A stretch of DNA of 60,535 nt, taken from sequence record MW314855.1; one strand, written 5' to 3'. Each line of letters opens with the position of its first letter. The stretch's first letter is position 1. The notes under the pieces are model-generated. The model did no database searches, was not told the DNA's origin, and saw nothing but the letters and a program-made list of their open reading frames with translations. The position numbers and the translations under genes were made by a program. Shown piece after piece: positions 48,401-56,884 of the stretch. Source of the DNA: Mycobacterium phage phiGD23-1.

Positions 48401-49078
48401 GTGTCCGTCTCCGACAGCTTCTTTCTCGATAAAGGCTCCCAACACAAGCTCCGTGAAGAGTTGGCCAGCATCCCCCGCATGATCGGGGAGCTGTCCGTCA
48501 CCCTCACCCGCCAGGCTCGCATCCAGAGGCCAGGGTTGAGTATGTCCCGAAGGCCCAAGCCTGAGTCTCAGGTCCCCATCCATATCGGGGCACACAACGC
48601 CGCTGACGTACTGCACAACTGCCTAGGTACGTGGGTGAGGCTGGTATGCGAACAACGAGCGATCGTGTGGGATAAGGGCAACGACATCATCACGCTGGCC
48701 AAGTGGCTGCGAGTCAACATGATCGCCCTAGCCCTCACTGAAGGTTCAGAAGAAGCGTACGAGGACATCAAAGCCGCTATCGATGACTGCTGGCGACAGA
48801 TAGACATCCCCGCCGACGATGACATTGTGATCGACCGAGGACGAGTACATGAAGCGAACAAACACATCGTCACCGCCGACACCATCGAACCTATCGCCCG
48901 CCGGATAGGGGAGATGGGAAAGAAGCTGAATGCGCAGCGGGTGCACTCGCTTACCCGTGGTGGGCATCTGCGTCCAGTCTCTAGCGACCCGGACACGGGT
49001 AAGAAGTTCTACCGACTGGGGGATGTGCTGCACGCGCACAACAACTGCGAGAAACGAGACCGAAAGAAGGGCGCATGA
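48401..49078 (+). CDS. Hypothetical protein (225 aa)
   Basis: ORF. Confidence 0.35.
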   Translation: MSVSDSFFLDKGSQHKLREELASIPRMIGELSVTLTRQARIQRPGLSMSRRPKPESQVPIHIGAHNAADVLHNCLGTWVRLVCEQRAIVWDKGNDIITLAKWLRVNMIALALTEGSEEAYEDIKAAIDDCWRQIDIPADDDIVIDRGRVHEANKHIVTADTIEPIARRIGEMGKKLNAQRVHSLTRGGHLRPVSSDPDTGKKFYRLGDVLHAHNNCEKRDRKKGA

Positions 49079-49275
49079 GCGACGGACGCGGCATGTACAT
49101 GAAGTACCGAGTTGAGCGGATGGACGGCAAGGATATGGGGCCATGTTTCATCCTTGAATACAAGAAGGATCGCCACGCGCGGGTGGCACTTGCGGCGTAT
49201 GCCGACGCGTGCGCCGAGGACAATCCTGGACTAGCCCAAGACCTGCGGTGGACGCTAGAGGAGCTGGAGCGGTGA
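49075..49275 (+). CDS. Hypothetical protein, paralog of the C-terminal segment of 38386..39381
   Basis: Shared motif KYRVERxDGK…CFxLEY…. Confidence 0.35.
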   Translation: MSDGRGMYMKYRVERMDGKDMGPCFILEYKKDRHARVALAAYADACAEDNPGLAQDLRWTLEELER

Positions 49276-49851
49276 GGGTCGGGACCTGTCCGAAGTGTAA
49301 GCACTTGGAAGGTCGACACATCCAGTCCACGTACTTCGATGAAGAGACGTGGACTGGCCGATTCGTGTACGCCAGGTGCGATTGTGGCTGCACCCACTAC
49401 GTCGTAGTGGAGCCGGTCTAGTGTCGGCCCTCGACTGTGAGGGGAGTGACCTAGATCCTGGTTGGTGCTGCACCCATAGATGCGATTTCAGGGACCCTAG
49501 GCATCCGCACTGCTGGCAGAACTGTGACGAAGAAGATTGCGCCGCCCCTGAGTGTGATTGGGTTGAGTAGTTCACGCTGGTCGCACATACTGCGCAGGCC
49601 AAGGTATCTCACGCATCTTCCACGCCTGCGTAGGGTTGGCCGCAGTGACCCAAACGATAGGCATATCGCGTCCGGGAACTACCCGAGTGGTAGTTAGACA
49701 CTCAACTTCACCACCGGTTGCGGTGGTTACGTAGACACGCATTCTAGCTTCAATACCCATACGTCTAGCGTCGGTCTTGCCAAAAGATCTGTAAAGAAAA
49801 ATCTATGCGACACCGCGTTATGGCAGTGCCTTATGGCAAGCCGCAAAGGGA

Positions 49852-50112
49852 GTGAAACTGATGAACGTATGGATAGTCTCTGCGCATCGGTCCTGGGGCG
49901 ACAGGATTGAATACCACGGACACAGGGGGGATACCCACCGCTGGATGGGCTGGACGCGACCCATACCCAAGGTGGGGGAAGTTATTGAAACTGAATTGAA
50001 GTCCGGACGGGCGGCCCGCTTTCGGATAGTTGAGGTTGAGCGCGGGTACGGCACGGATGATATGTGGTGGGCCACAACCTCGGACGCGCCCATTTATGGA
50101 GCGACGACGTAA
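49852..50112 (+). CDS. Hypothetical protein (GTG start)
   Basis: ORF after an ORF-poor region. Confidence 0.35.
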   Translation: MKLMNVWIVSAHRSWGDRIEYHGHRGDTHRWMGWTRPIPKVGEVIETELKSGRAARFRIVEVERGYGTDDMWWATTSDAPIYGATT

Positions 50113-50158
50113 CTGCCTCCACCTTGCATAAGTATATCGGTTCTGATATATTAATGAG

Positions 50159-50491
50159 GTGACCGACGAAAAGCCTCTCCGCTGGATAGGTACCTCACTT
50201 GAGGACCTACGGGACTTCCCCGAAGCGGCACGGCAGGACGCCGGTTACCAACTGGATAGGGTTCAGCACGGCCTAGAGCCCCACGACTGGAAGCCAATGC
50301 CAACAGTCGGCAAGGGCTGCCGCGAGATACGCGTACGCACCGAAGACGGCGCGTACCGTGTGTTCTACGTAGCCACCCTTGGGGATGTGGTGTTCGTACT
50401 GCACAGCTTCGTCAAGAAGTCACAGAAGACTTCCCAGCAAGACATCAACACCGGTAAGGCTCGATACAAGAAAGCGCAGGAGGAACTATGA
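50159..50491 (+). CDS. higB: HigB/RelE-family toxin (Gp49-like, PF05973-type)
   Basis: …RVFYVATLGDVVFVLHSFVKKSQKTSQQDINTGKAR… matches the Gp49/HigB-like pattern; followed by an overlapping HTH antitoxin gene. Confidence 0.75.
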   Translation: MTDEKPLRWIGTSLEDLRDFPEAARQDAGYQLDRVQHGLEPHDWKPMPTVGKGCREIRVRTEDGAYRVFYVATLGDVVFVLHSFVKKSQKTSQQDINTGKARYKKAQEEL

Positions 50492-50739
50492 GCGTATGGG
50501 ACGACATCGCCGACACCCCGCGCGAAGCGGAGAACCTTCGCGTGCGGTCTGAGCTGATGATGGCAATCGAAAAGAAGATCAACGAGCGCGAATGGACCCA
50601 GGTCCAGGCCGCCGAAGCACTCGGACTGACCCAGCCTCGGGTGTCGGATCTGCTGCGCGGCAAGATCTCCAAGTTCTCCTTGGATGCTCTCGTGGACATC
50701 GCTTCCGGGTTGGATGTGCACGTGAAGGTGTGCGTCTGA
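50488..50739 (+). CDS. higA: HigA-like XRE-family antitoxin
   Basis: …LRVRSELMMAIEKKINEREWTQVQAAEALGLTQPRVSDLLRGKISKFSLDALVDIASGLDV… canonical HigA-type partner; ATGA overlap with the toxin. Confidence 0.75.
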   Translation: MSVWDDIADTPREAENLRVRSELMMAIEKKINEREWTQVQAAEALGLTQPRVSDLLRGKISKFSLDALVDIASGLDVHVKVCV

Positions 50740-51010
50740 TTGCGACACGCCGACCAGGGGATATACCCCTTAACCGCTGTCAAGTAGTAAACTGCGCATA
50801 GGCGCGACTTACACCCATTCTTTTAAACCCCCATCGACATTTGTTCGGTGGGGGTTTTTCTATGCCCAAACGGAGGTTCCCTTATGCCTCTGTCTCGTGT
50901 CCGCTGCTGCATCCCCTGTGGCCGTATCCGCTACGCCCCCTGCTCTGCAGGGTGTCGAGTAGATCCCGAGAACGACCCAACAAGCTGGACAGAACAGGTG
51001 CCGCCGAGCG

Positions 51011-51235
51011 ATGAAGCTGAGTAAGGAAGCGCGCAATACCGTCGCCGACTGCATCAGTAAGGGCATCCACCTGACGCTGGACGTTCAGTGCGATGGCGAG
51101 CCGATGGGCGGCTGGTGCGATAAGTGCGAGAAACCGTCGATGGTCGAAGTGCAACTGCGTGGCATCTCCACTGACGCCGTGTACGACCTCGGACCCGCCG
51201 TCGTATGTGCAAACCATGAGGCTGGCGATGATTGA
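51011..51235 (+). CDS. Hypothetical Cys-rich protein
   Basis: ORF. Confidence 0.3.
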   Translation: MKLSKEARNTVADCISKGIHLTLDVQCDGEPMGGWCDKCEKPSMVEVQLRGISTDAVYDLGPAVVCANHEAGDD

Positions 51236-51479
51236 ATGTCTTGGTTGCGGCTCGACGGTGGGGCAAGACGGCGATTGCCCGCGCCCCGAACACTGCGGAA
51301 ACTGCCCACCTTGGGACTGTGACGAATGCGGCCAGCAGTGCTCGATCAACACCCCTTGCGGGTGCTGGATTTTCCTTGAAGGCATGAACCTCGCCGACAT
51401 CAAGGCGGTACTCGCCGCAGCCGATCTGAGTGTCAATGTGGAGGTGCCGCCATGCTCGACAGATTCTTCGCGGCACTAG
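51228..51479 (+). CDS. Hypothetical Cys-rich protein
   Basis: ATGATTGA start/stop overlap with upstream. Confidence 0.3.
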   Translation: MIECLGCGSTVGQDGDCPRPEHCGNCPPWDCDECGQQCSINTPCGCWIFLEGMNLADIKAVLAAADLSVNVEVPPCSTDSSRH

Positions 51480-51748
51480 CCGGCGCCATGGCCCCTCCAC
51501 TCGTGGCCATGTGTGAGCGCATCGCGGATAAGAAGATCCCTGACGACACCGTGCCGAAGTTCATGGACGGCCTGCTGGATATCGCCCGCGACGGCGTTGA
51601 CCGCGCCGTGAGTGTGGTGCAGACGTCCGCTGACGGTATTGCCGGTAGCGCGGAAGCTGAACTAGGTCAGCTCGGCTCGGAGATTAGGGGAGTGGTCAAA
51701 GCGGCCAACCCCATAGATATTCTCGGCAGCCTGTTCGGGCGACGCTAG
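51452..51748 (+). CDS. Hypothetical protein
   Basis: ORF ending in the TAG of element A. Confidence 0.35.
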   Translation: MLDRFFAALAGAMAPPLVAMCERIADKKIPDDTVPKFMDGLLDIARDGVDRAVSVVQTSADGIAGSAEAELGQLGSEIRGVVKAANPIDILGSLFGRR

Positions 51749-51789
51749 ACACCGCTGATGTCGCTGCACCGCAGTAAAATTGAGGTATG
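51746..51789 (+). promoter_or_regulatory. SAS-like 44-nt element A: TAGACACCGCTGATGTCGCTGCACCGCAGTAAAATTGAGGTATG
   Basis: Stop-to-start spacer of 44 nt. Confidence 0.7.
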
Positions 51790-51963
51790 AGCATTGAGAC
51801 CGAGCGGCAGTTGAATCGCCGCTGCATTGAGCTGCAAGACGAGATAATCCGCTGGGGCGAGAAGGCGCAGTGGGCGCTTGAGCAAGATGACACCGGATGG
51901 TGGGGCGATGTCCTCGGTGGCATCGTCAAGCGCGGCAAGCTGATGGCAGAGAAGGGCACCTAA
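51787..51963 (+). CDS. Hypothetical 58-aa protein
   Basis: Starts at the ATG of element A. Confidence 0.4.
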   Translation: MSIETERQLNRRCIELQDEIIRWGEKAQWALEQDDTGWWGDVLGGIVKRGKLMAEKGT

Positions 51964-52110
51964 CGATGTGCCCTCCACGCTGTCAGAACTGCATCCATCC
52001 GCAGCATGACCACGAAGGCTGGTTTGGTCGCTGCACCCGCGACGACTGCGAATGTAAGGCAATGCAGGACTGACTTGCCCCTACAGCCTCTCCGTTCTAC
52101 TATCGAACAC

Positions 52111-52356
52111 ATGTTCGACAAGGTGTCATACCGTATCGAAGGTGATGGACCCGTCACAGCGGTACTCACTTACCAAAACCGGGAGTACCGGCACACCTCC
52201 CGAACCATGTGGCTCGGACACGAAGACGGCATGCCCCAAGGCTCCATCCAACTCGACGAGCATGTGTGGGCGCGGCTACAGCGCATCAACGGAACCATAG
52301 AAGCCACCATCACCGACTCTAAGACTGGTGAAAGCTACACCCTCACACCTGAATAG
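52111..52356 (+). CDS. Hypothetical protein
   Basis: ORF ending at the TAG of element B. Confidence 0.3.
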   Translation: MFDKVSYRIEGDGPVTAVLTYQNREYRHTSRTMWLGHEDGMPQGSIQLDEHVWARLQRINGTIEATITDSKTGESYTLTPE

Positions 52357-52397
52357 ACACCGCGACTTACGCTGTAGCTCGGTAAAATTGAGGTATG
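52354..52397 (+). promoter_or_regulatory. SAS-like 44-nt element B: TAGACACCGCGACTTACGCTGTAGCTCGGTAAAATTGAGGTATG
   Basis: Stop-to-start spacer. Confidence 0.7.
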
Positions 52398-52631
52398 GAT
52401 GATCCCGAGATTGAAGTCGCTGAGGCGGTGTGTAAACGGCACAACTGGGACGGCATGATGTTTTGCGCTTGCACTGCCGCTGCTCGTGAAGCTTTGAAGC
52501 GAGTGGGCGCCGATCTGCAATCCGTCGATGGCGTCTTAGGTCTGCTTCATCATCGAGGGCTTGTTGACTCCGAGCGCAATAGAGCTGATGTGAAAGCTGC
52601 CCTCGAAATCGTACAGAGGTACACCCGATGA
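52395..52631 (+). CDS. Hypothetical protein
   Basis: Starts at the ATG of element B. Confidence 0.4.
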   Translation: MDDPEIEVAEAVCKRHNWDGMMFCACTAAAREALKRVGADLQSVDGVLGLLHHRGLVDSERNRADVKAALEIVQRYTR

Positions 52632-52903
52632 CTGAACCATCTCAAGCCCATATAGACCGGGCACGTGAACTCGGCCTCTCTTTCGATCCTTCTGATACAT
52701 CGGATGAAGAGTTAAGCCGTGCTATCGCAACGTATGAGCGGGTTTACATCGAGGCGATGACCGAGAATGCTGGTAGGGACACTGATACTCCTACTGAGCG
52801 CCGCAAGATGCTGGGCGTATGGACTCAGCGCGATGAAGAAGAGGCCAAGGAAGCCGCTGAACGGCGGCGGATGTTCGGCTCCCGACGAATCCCACCCGCC
52901 TAG
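52628..52903 (+). CDS. Hypothetical protein
   Basis: ORF ending at the TAG of element C. Confidence 0.35.
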   Translation: MTEPSQAHIDRARELGLSFDPSDTSDEELSRAIATYERVYIEAMTENAGRDTDTPTERRKMLGVWTQRDEEEAKEAAERRRMFGSRRIPPA

Positions 52904-52945
52904 ACACCGCTGATTCCTCTGAAACGTCGGATAATTGAAGGTATG
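52901..52945 (+). promoter_or_regulatory. SAS-like 45-nt element C: TAGACACCGCTGATTCCTCTGAAACGTCGGATAATTGAAGGTATG
   Basis: Stop-to-start spacer. Confidence 0.7.
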
Positions 52946-53215
52946 GACATCACCGAGAAGCCATTGACCAACCTGGCTGACACAATACATACAGCCCTGA
53001 TCGGACACAGGCCGGACGACTACGCCTGCTACTACAAGCAGCTTTTCAATGTGTTTGGAGCGCCCGGCATCCCGAACACCTACGAGGCGGTACTCAAGCG
53101 TTACGGCAGGGTAATCCATCGAGAGACATTCTGGCGGCGCAAGAGCGCAGAGAAGCAATGCATCGCATGGAAGCGCTTGTATGACGCCGTCGTACTACCA
53201 CCTCCACAGTCCTAG
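52943..53215 (+). CDS. Hypothetical protein
   Basis: Between elements C and D. Confidence 0.4.
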   Translation: MDITEKPLTNLADTIHTALIGHRPDDYACYYKQLFNVFGAPGIPNTYEAVLKRYGRVIHRETFWRRKSAEKQCIAWKRLYDAVVLPPPQS

Positions 53216-53256
53216 ACACCGCTGATCCCGTTGAAACGCGGGATAATTGAGGTATG
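53213..53256 (+). promoter_or_regulatory. SAS-like 44-nt element D: TAGACACCGCTGATCCCGTTGAAACGCGGGATAATTGAGGTATG
   Basis: Stop-to-start spacer. Confidence 0.7.
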
Positions 53257-53421
53257 AACGACGAATTGAGCTTCCTGCTTGAGGCGTCGCCGGAAGAGTG
53301 GGATACCTTCATTGGATGCCCACATACAGGCAAGTCCTACACGGAAGTGGGACGGCTAACCGGCGAGGTGTTCACGCGCTGCTGCGACTGTCACACGGCT
53401 TTGCCTAATCTCCCGTCCTAG
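53254..53421 (+). CDS. Hypothetical 55-aa Cys-rich protein
   Basis: Starts at the ATG of element D. Confidence 0.35.
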   Translation: MNDELSFLLEASPEEWDTFIGCPHTGKSYTEVGRLTGEVFTRCCDCHTALPNLPS

Positions 53422-53695
53422 CTGAATCCCTTTGGGAGGTAATCATGCTTGATGGTCAACCGTTGGGCGAGTACCCGGAACTGGGGCCGACGCACACCGC
53501 CGAGTATTTCGAGCTCCTAACACTGGCCTACTTAGCCAGGCTCATGGGTTACCACATCTAGTGCCATGCCCCTCACTGCTAACCAGCTCCGCATCCTAGA
53601 GGCGTTGCAGCGGTTACGTATAGCCCGTACTGAGGGCGATGTTGACGCCGAGCTCGTGGCCTACAGCCGCATGGATGAGCTACTGGATCGTGAAC

Positions 53696-53977
53696 CTAGG
53701 GGCATAGGTTCCGTTTCGCCGATCGCGCCATAGCCAACAGATTGGCTGGTGTCGCGTTCGGATAGTTGGAGTGCGAGGCGACCTGCTCGGGGGTTTCCCC
53801 GTTGCGCAAGTCATTGCACATGCCGTTCCCGGCGGCCAGTAGGAACGGCCGGGACTGCCACATCACTTGAAAACCCTGCCCGGACAGTTCGTCCAGGTAG
53901 GCGTCATCGTCCGCGTACGCCGCGGGCGCGAAAACAATGCTGGCCGCTACGGCGGCTGCAGCTGCGATCTTGATCAT
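53696..53977 (-). CDS. DUF732-like secreted protein (signal peptide, two Cys), reverse-oriented
   Basis: MIKIAAAAAVAASIVFAPAAYA signal peptide; …DDDAYLDELSGQGF…AAGNGMCNDLRNGETPEQVA…NLCP pattern. Confidence 0.5.
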   Translation of the reverse strand: MIKIAAAAAVAASIVFAPAAYADDDAYLDELSGQGFQVMWQSRPFLLAAGNGMCNDLRNGETPEQVASHSNYPNATPANLLAMARSAKRNLCP

Positions 53978-54182
53978 TGGCGGATCGTAGACCTCCACCC
54001 CGACGGGTACAGGCGAAACGGGAGATCAGATGGCCGTGCAGCACTGCGAGGGTTGCCCCTCGTGAGGCGATCCAAGGATTGGGAGACCCCCCGAATTCGT
54101 AAGCGAGACTTGGGACGGGCGGTCGACCCAACTACCTGTTCTTGCGGGGACGCCGAATGCCCAGAATGCATGGACTGGCTAG

Positions 54183-54779
54183 ATGACTAGCCTAATCGAC
54201 ACATGCGCGGTATTTGGGTGTGGCATAAAGCGTCGGACGCGCGGTCTATGTCCATCGCATTACCAGCGATGGCGCCGACACGGGGATCCACTAGCTGGAG
54301 GCCTGCCAGCCGGCGCACCATTTGAGGATAGGTATTGGTCCAAGGTGGATAAGTCGGGCCGCTGCTGGCTATGGACCGGGGCGAAGAATGATGCCGGATA
54401 CGGTCAGATCAGCGTGGGCGGGAAGATGGTTTACGCCCACCGCCTCTCCCTGGAGATGTCCACGGGGAGCACAATCCCACCCGGGATGGACGTTGACCAC
54501 ATGTGCCATACCCGGCACTGCGTAAACCCTAATCACCTCAGGCTGGCGACGCGTAAGCAGAACTTGGAAAATAGGCGGACCGCCAACTCATCATCTAAGT
54601 CGGGCATCCGTGGCGTCTCATACTCAATCAGCTCACGTCGTTACCTAAAGCCCTGGCTAGCGCAGGTCAGGTCAAAGGGGCAGCCGACCTACTCGGGCTA
54701 TTTCAGCACTAAAGAGGAAGCTGCCGCAGCGGTCGTTTCAGCTCGACTTCGCATGATGACACACAGTCAAGAGGATTAG
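54183..54779 (+). CDS. HNH endonuclease with AP2-like DNA-binding domain
   Basis: …CWLWTGAKNDAGYGQISVGGKMVYAHR…DVDHMCHTRHCVNPNHL… HNH_3; C-terminal SGIRGVSYS…WLAQV AP2-like segment. Confidence 0.65.
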   Translation: MTSLIDTCAVFGCGIKRRTRGLCPSHYQRWRRHGDPLAGGLPAGAPFEDRYWSKVDKSGRCWLWTGAKNDAGYGQISVGGKMVYAHRLSLEMSTGSTIPPGMDVDHMCHTRHCVNPNHLRLATRKQNLENRRTANSSSKSGIRGVSYSISSRRYLKPWLAQVRSKGQPTYSGYFSTKEEAAAAVVSARLRMMTHSQED

Positions 54780-54781
54780 CG

Positions 54782-56056
54782 ATGACCGGGCGTCGTCTCG
54801 GGGTAGCGATCACCACCCACAACCGCAGGGATGTTCTCCTCAACGCGTTAACGCATTGGATCGAGCACACCTCGGCTGATGTTCCGATTGTTGTTGTGGA
54901 CGACGGCAGCGACGAGCCGCTGTGCCTTGAGGGCTGGCGGGGTATCCCGGTGCATCGAGTGCCGAGTGTGAGTGTTGTTCGCCATCCATTACCTATGGGG
55001 ATAGCGGTGGCGAAGAACCGATGCATCGCCGAGCTCATGGACTTGGGGTGCGACCACCTGTTTCTGGCTGACGACGATGTGTGGCCCACCGTAGACGAGT
55101 GGTGGCAGCCTTACGTTGAGTCGCCGGAACCGCATCTGTCGTTCCAGTGGCCCAGCGGGGGCCGGCACAGCGTCACTCACCAGGACGAGCAGCATTTCGC
55201 TATCGGATTCCCCCGCGGGGTTCTCCTATACGCCGAACGCCGAGTGATCGACACGGTGGGCGGCATGGACACCGGATATGGGGCGCACGGCGGCGAACAC
55301 GTCGACTGGTCACAGAGAATCCACGACGCAGGGTTGACGCGATGGCCGTTCGCCGATGTCCGAGGATCACACAACTTGATCTACTCCCGCGACAAAGCCG
55401 AAGGAAACCGAACAGGTTCTTCCCGGTTTGAGCTTCCCGAGCGTGCCCGGATGTGTGAGGCCAATGGAAACCGTTGGGGCCACAAGCACCCAACATGGCC
55501 GTACTTTCCATTCCGGGGAGGCGAGGGCGTCCAGGACTACCAGTTAGGCCCGTACTTCCCGCCCGCGGAGCATTATTCGCTGCTGCGGCATGTGGTCGGT
55601 TTGAGACCTTCCGGTGTGGCTTTGGAGTTTGGGGTGGGTAAAGGCGAATCGACCCGCATCATTGCCGAGCACATGCCGGTGATCGGATTCGACAGCTTCA
55701 CCGGACTGCCTGAGGATTGGCGCGACGGATTCCCTAAGGGGTCGTTCGCGCATAAACCACCAGCCATCAACAACACTCGCCTAGTGATAGGTCGGTATGC
55801 CGACACCCTGCCAGGGTTCACGTTCCCTGAGTGTGGTTTGGTGCATATCGACTGCGACCTGTACTCGTCCACGGCAACAGCTCTGGAATATCTACAGCTC
55901 AAGCCTGGAACTTATGTCGTTTTTGATGAGTGGCACAGCTACGACGGCTGCGAAGACCACGAGATGAAAGCCTGGCGCGAATATGCCGACCGCACCGGCA
56001 TCAACTGGTGTGTGGTTGGGCATTCGCATGAGGCTTGGGCGATTCGGATCACCTAG
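54782..56056 (+). CDS. Bifunctional glycosyltransferase family 2 / TylF-type class I O-methyltransferase
   Basis: N-terminal GVAITTHNRRDVLLNAL…VVVDDGSDEP; C-terminal LEFGVGKGESTRII…VHIDCDLYSSTATAL. Confidence 0.6.
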   Translation: MTGRRLGVAITTHNRRDVLLNALTHWIEHTSADVPIVVVDDGSDEPLCLEGWRGIPVHRVPSVSVVRHPLPMGIAVAKNRCIAELMDLGCDHLFLADDDVWPTVDEWWQPYVESPEPHLSFQWPSGGRHSVTHQDEQHFAIGFPRGVLLYAERRVIDTVGGMDTGYGAHGGEHVDWSQRIHDAGLTRWPFADVRGSHNLIYSRDKAEGNRTGSSRFELPERARMCEANGNRWGHKHPTWPYFPFRGGEGVQDYQLGPYFPPAEHYSLLRHVVGLRPSGVALEFGVGKGESTRIIAEHMPVIGFDSFTGLPEDWRDGFPKGSFAHKPPAINNTRLVIGRYADTLPGFTFPECGLVHIDCDLYSSTATALEYLQLKPGTYVVFDEWHSYDGCEDHEMKAWREYADRTGINWCVVGHSHEAWAIRIT

Positions 56057-56062
56057 GGAGTT

Positions 56063-56884
56063 GTGTTGCGAGTCATCCTCTTTGTGTTCGCGGGCCGTAA
56101 AGCCAATATGCAACTCCAGGTACCGTACATCAAACGCATCCTGGCTGAGCATCCGAATGTTGAATACGACATCTGGAACCTCGCCCGCGACCCCAAGGAC
56201 GCGGAGTATCTGCAAACCATCACGGGCGAGCGGATCACCGTCCGTAACGACTTCCATGGCGGATGCCATTGGACCGGTTTCAACAAGGTGTGGTGGTACT
56301 ACGCCCAACCCGAGTATCGGGACTGTTTGTTCGTCAAGGTCGATGACGATGACGTGTTCTTCGAGACCGCACGCTTCGGTGAATACCTTGAGGCGATAGA
56401 CAACAACCGCGGCAGCGTTGTCTCCGCGCTGACCGTGAACAACGGCGCCTCAACATGGTTGGAGCCGCTGATTTGGCGCGGCTTCGAGAACCTGAACATC
56501 CCTTTGTTGGATGTGCACATGTCCGGCGACTACGCCCACATGTCACACGAGCATTTCCTGACCAATTGGCGGGATGTGACTGGTCAACCCAACCAGGTCA
56601 TCCCGACGACGGACTGGTTGTCGATCAACTGCATCGGACTCGACCACCCCACCCTGAAACGCATCGCAGACCTACTGGACACCCCTTCGCCTGCCCATAT
56701 CGCAGGCAGGGATTGGCCGCACGGCTTCAAGATCGGTGACGAAGGTGCAGCCAATATGCAGCCCCGAGTCATCCATAGAGGGTTTGTGGTGTCGCACCTA
56801 TCGTTTGGACCTCAAGAACTCCCCGATGAGACGTGGGACCAGCTGCGCGCTGGTTATGCGAAGGTCGCAGGGGAGTACCTGTGA
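56063..56884 (+). CDS. Putative glycosyltransferase (GT-A-like, DDD motif)
   Basis: VKVDDDDVFF motif; context. Confidence 0.35.
   Translation: MLRVILFVFAGRKANMQLQVPYIKRILAEHPNVEYDIWNLARDPKDAEYLQTITGERITVRNDFHGGCHWTGFNKVWWYYAQPEYRDCLFVKVDDDDVFFETARFGEYLEAIDNNRGSVVSALTVNNGASTWLEPLIWRGFENLNIPLLDVHMSGDYAHMSHEHFLTNWRDVTGQPNQVIPTTDWLSINCIGLDHPTLKRIADLLDTPSPAHIAGRDWPHGFKIGDEGAANMQPRVIHRGFVVSHLSFGPQELPDETWDQLRAGYAKVAGEYL

Noticed and set aside
51746-51789. Reading TAGACA…TAAAAT in the conserved elements as a sigma-70 -35/-10 promoter
   Set aside because: The spacing between TAGACA and TAAAAT is about 23 nt, too long for a canonical 17±1 spacer. The elements are described as start-associated regulatory elements without asserting promoter function.
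53867-54190. Plus-strand 107-aa ORF overlapping the DUF732-like gene
   Set aside because: The minus-strand reading gives a coherent signal-peptide protein of a known family. The plus-strand translation is Arg/Gly-rich with no features.
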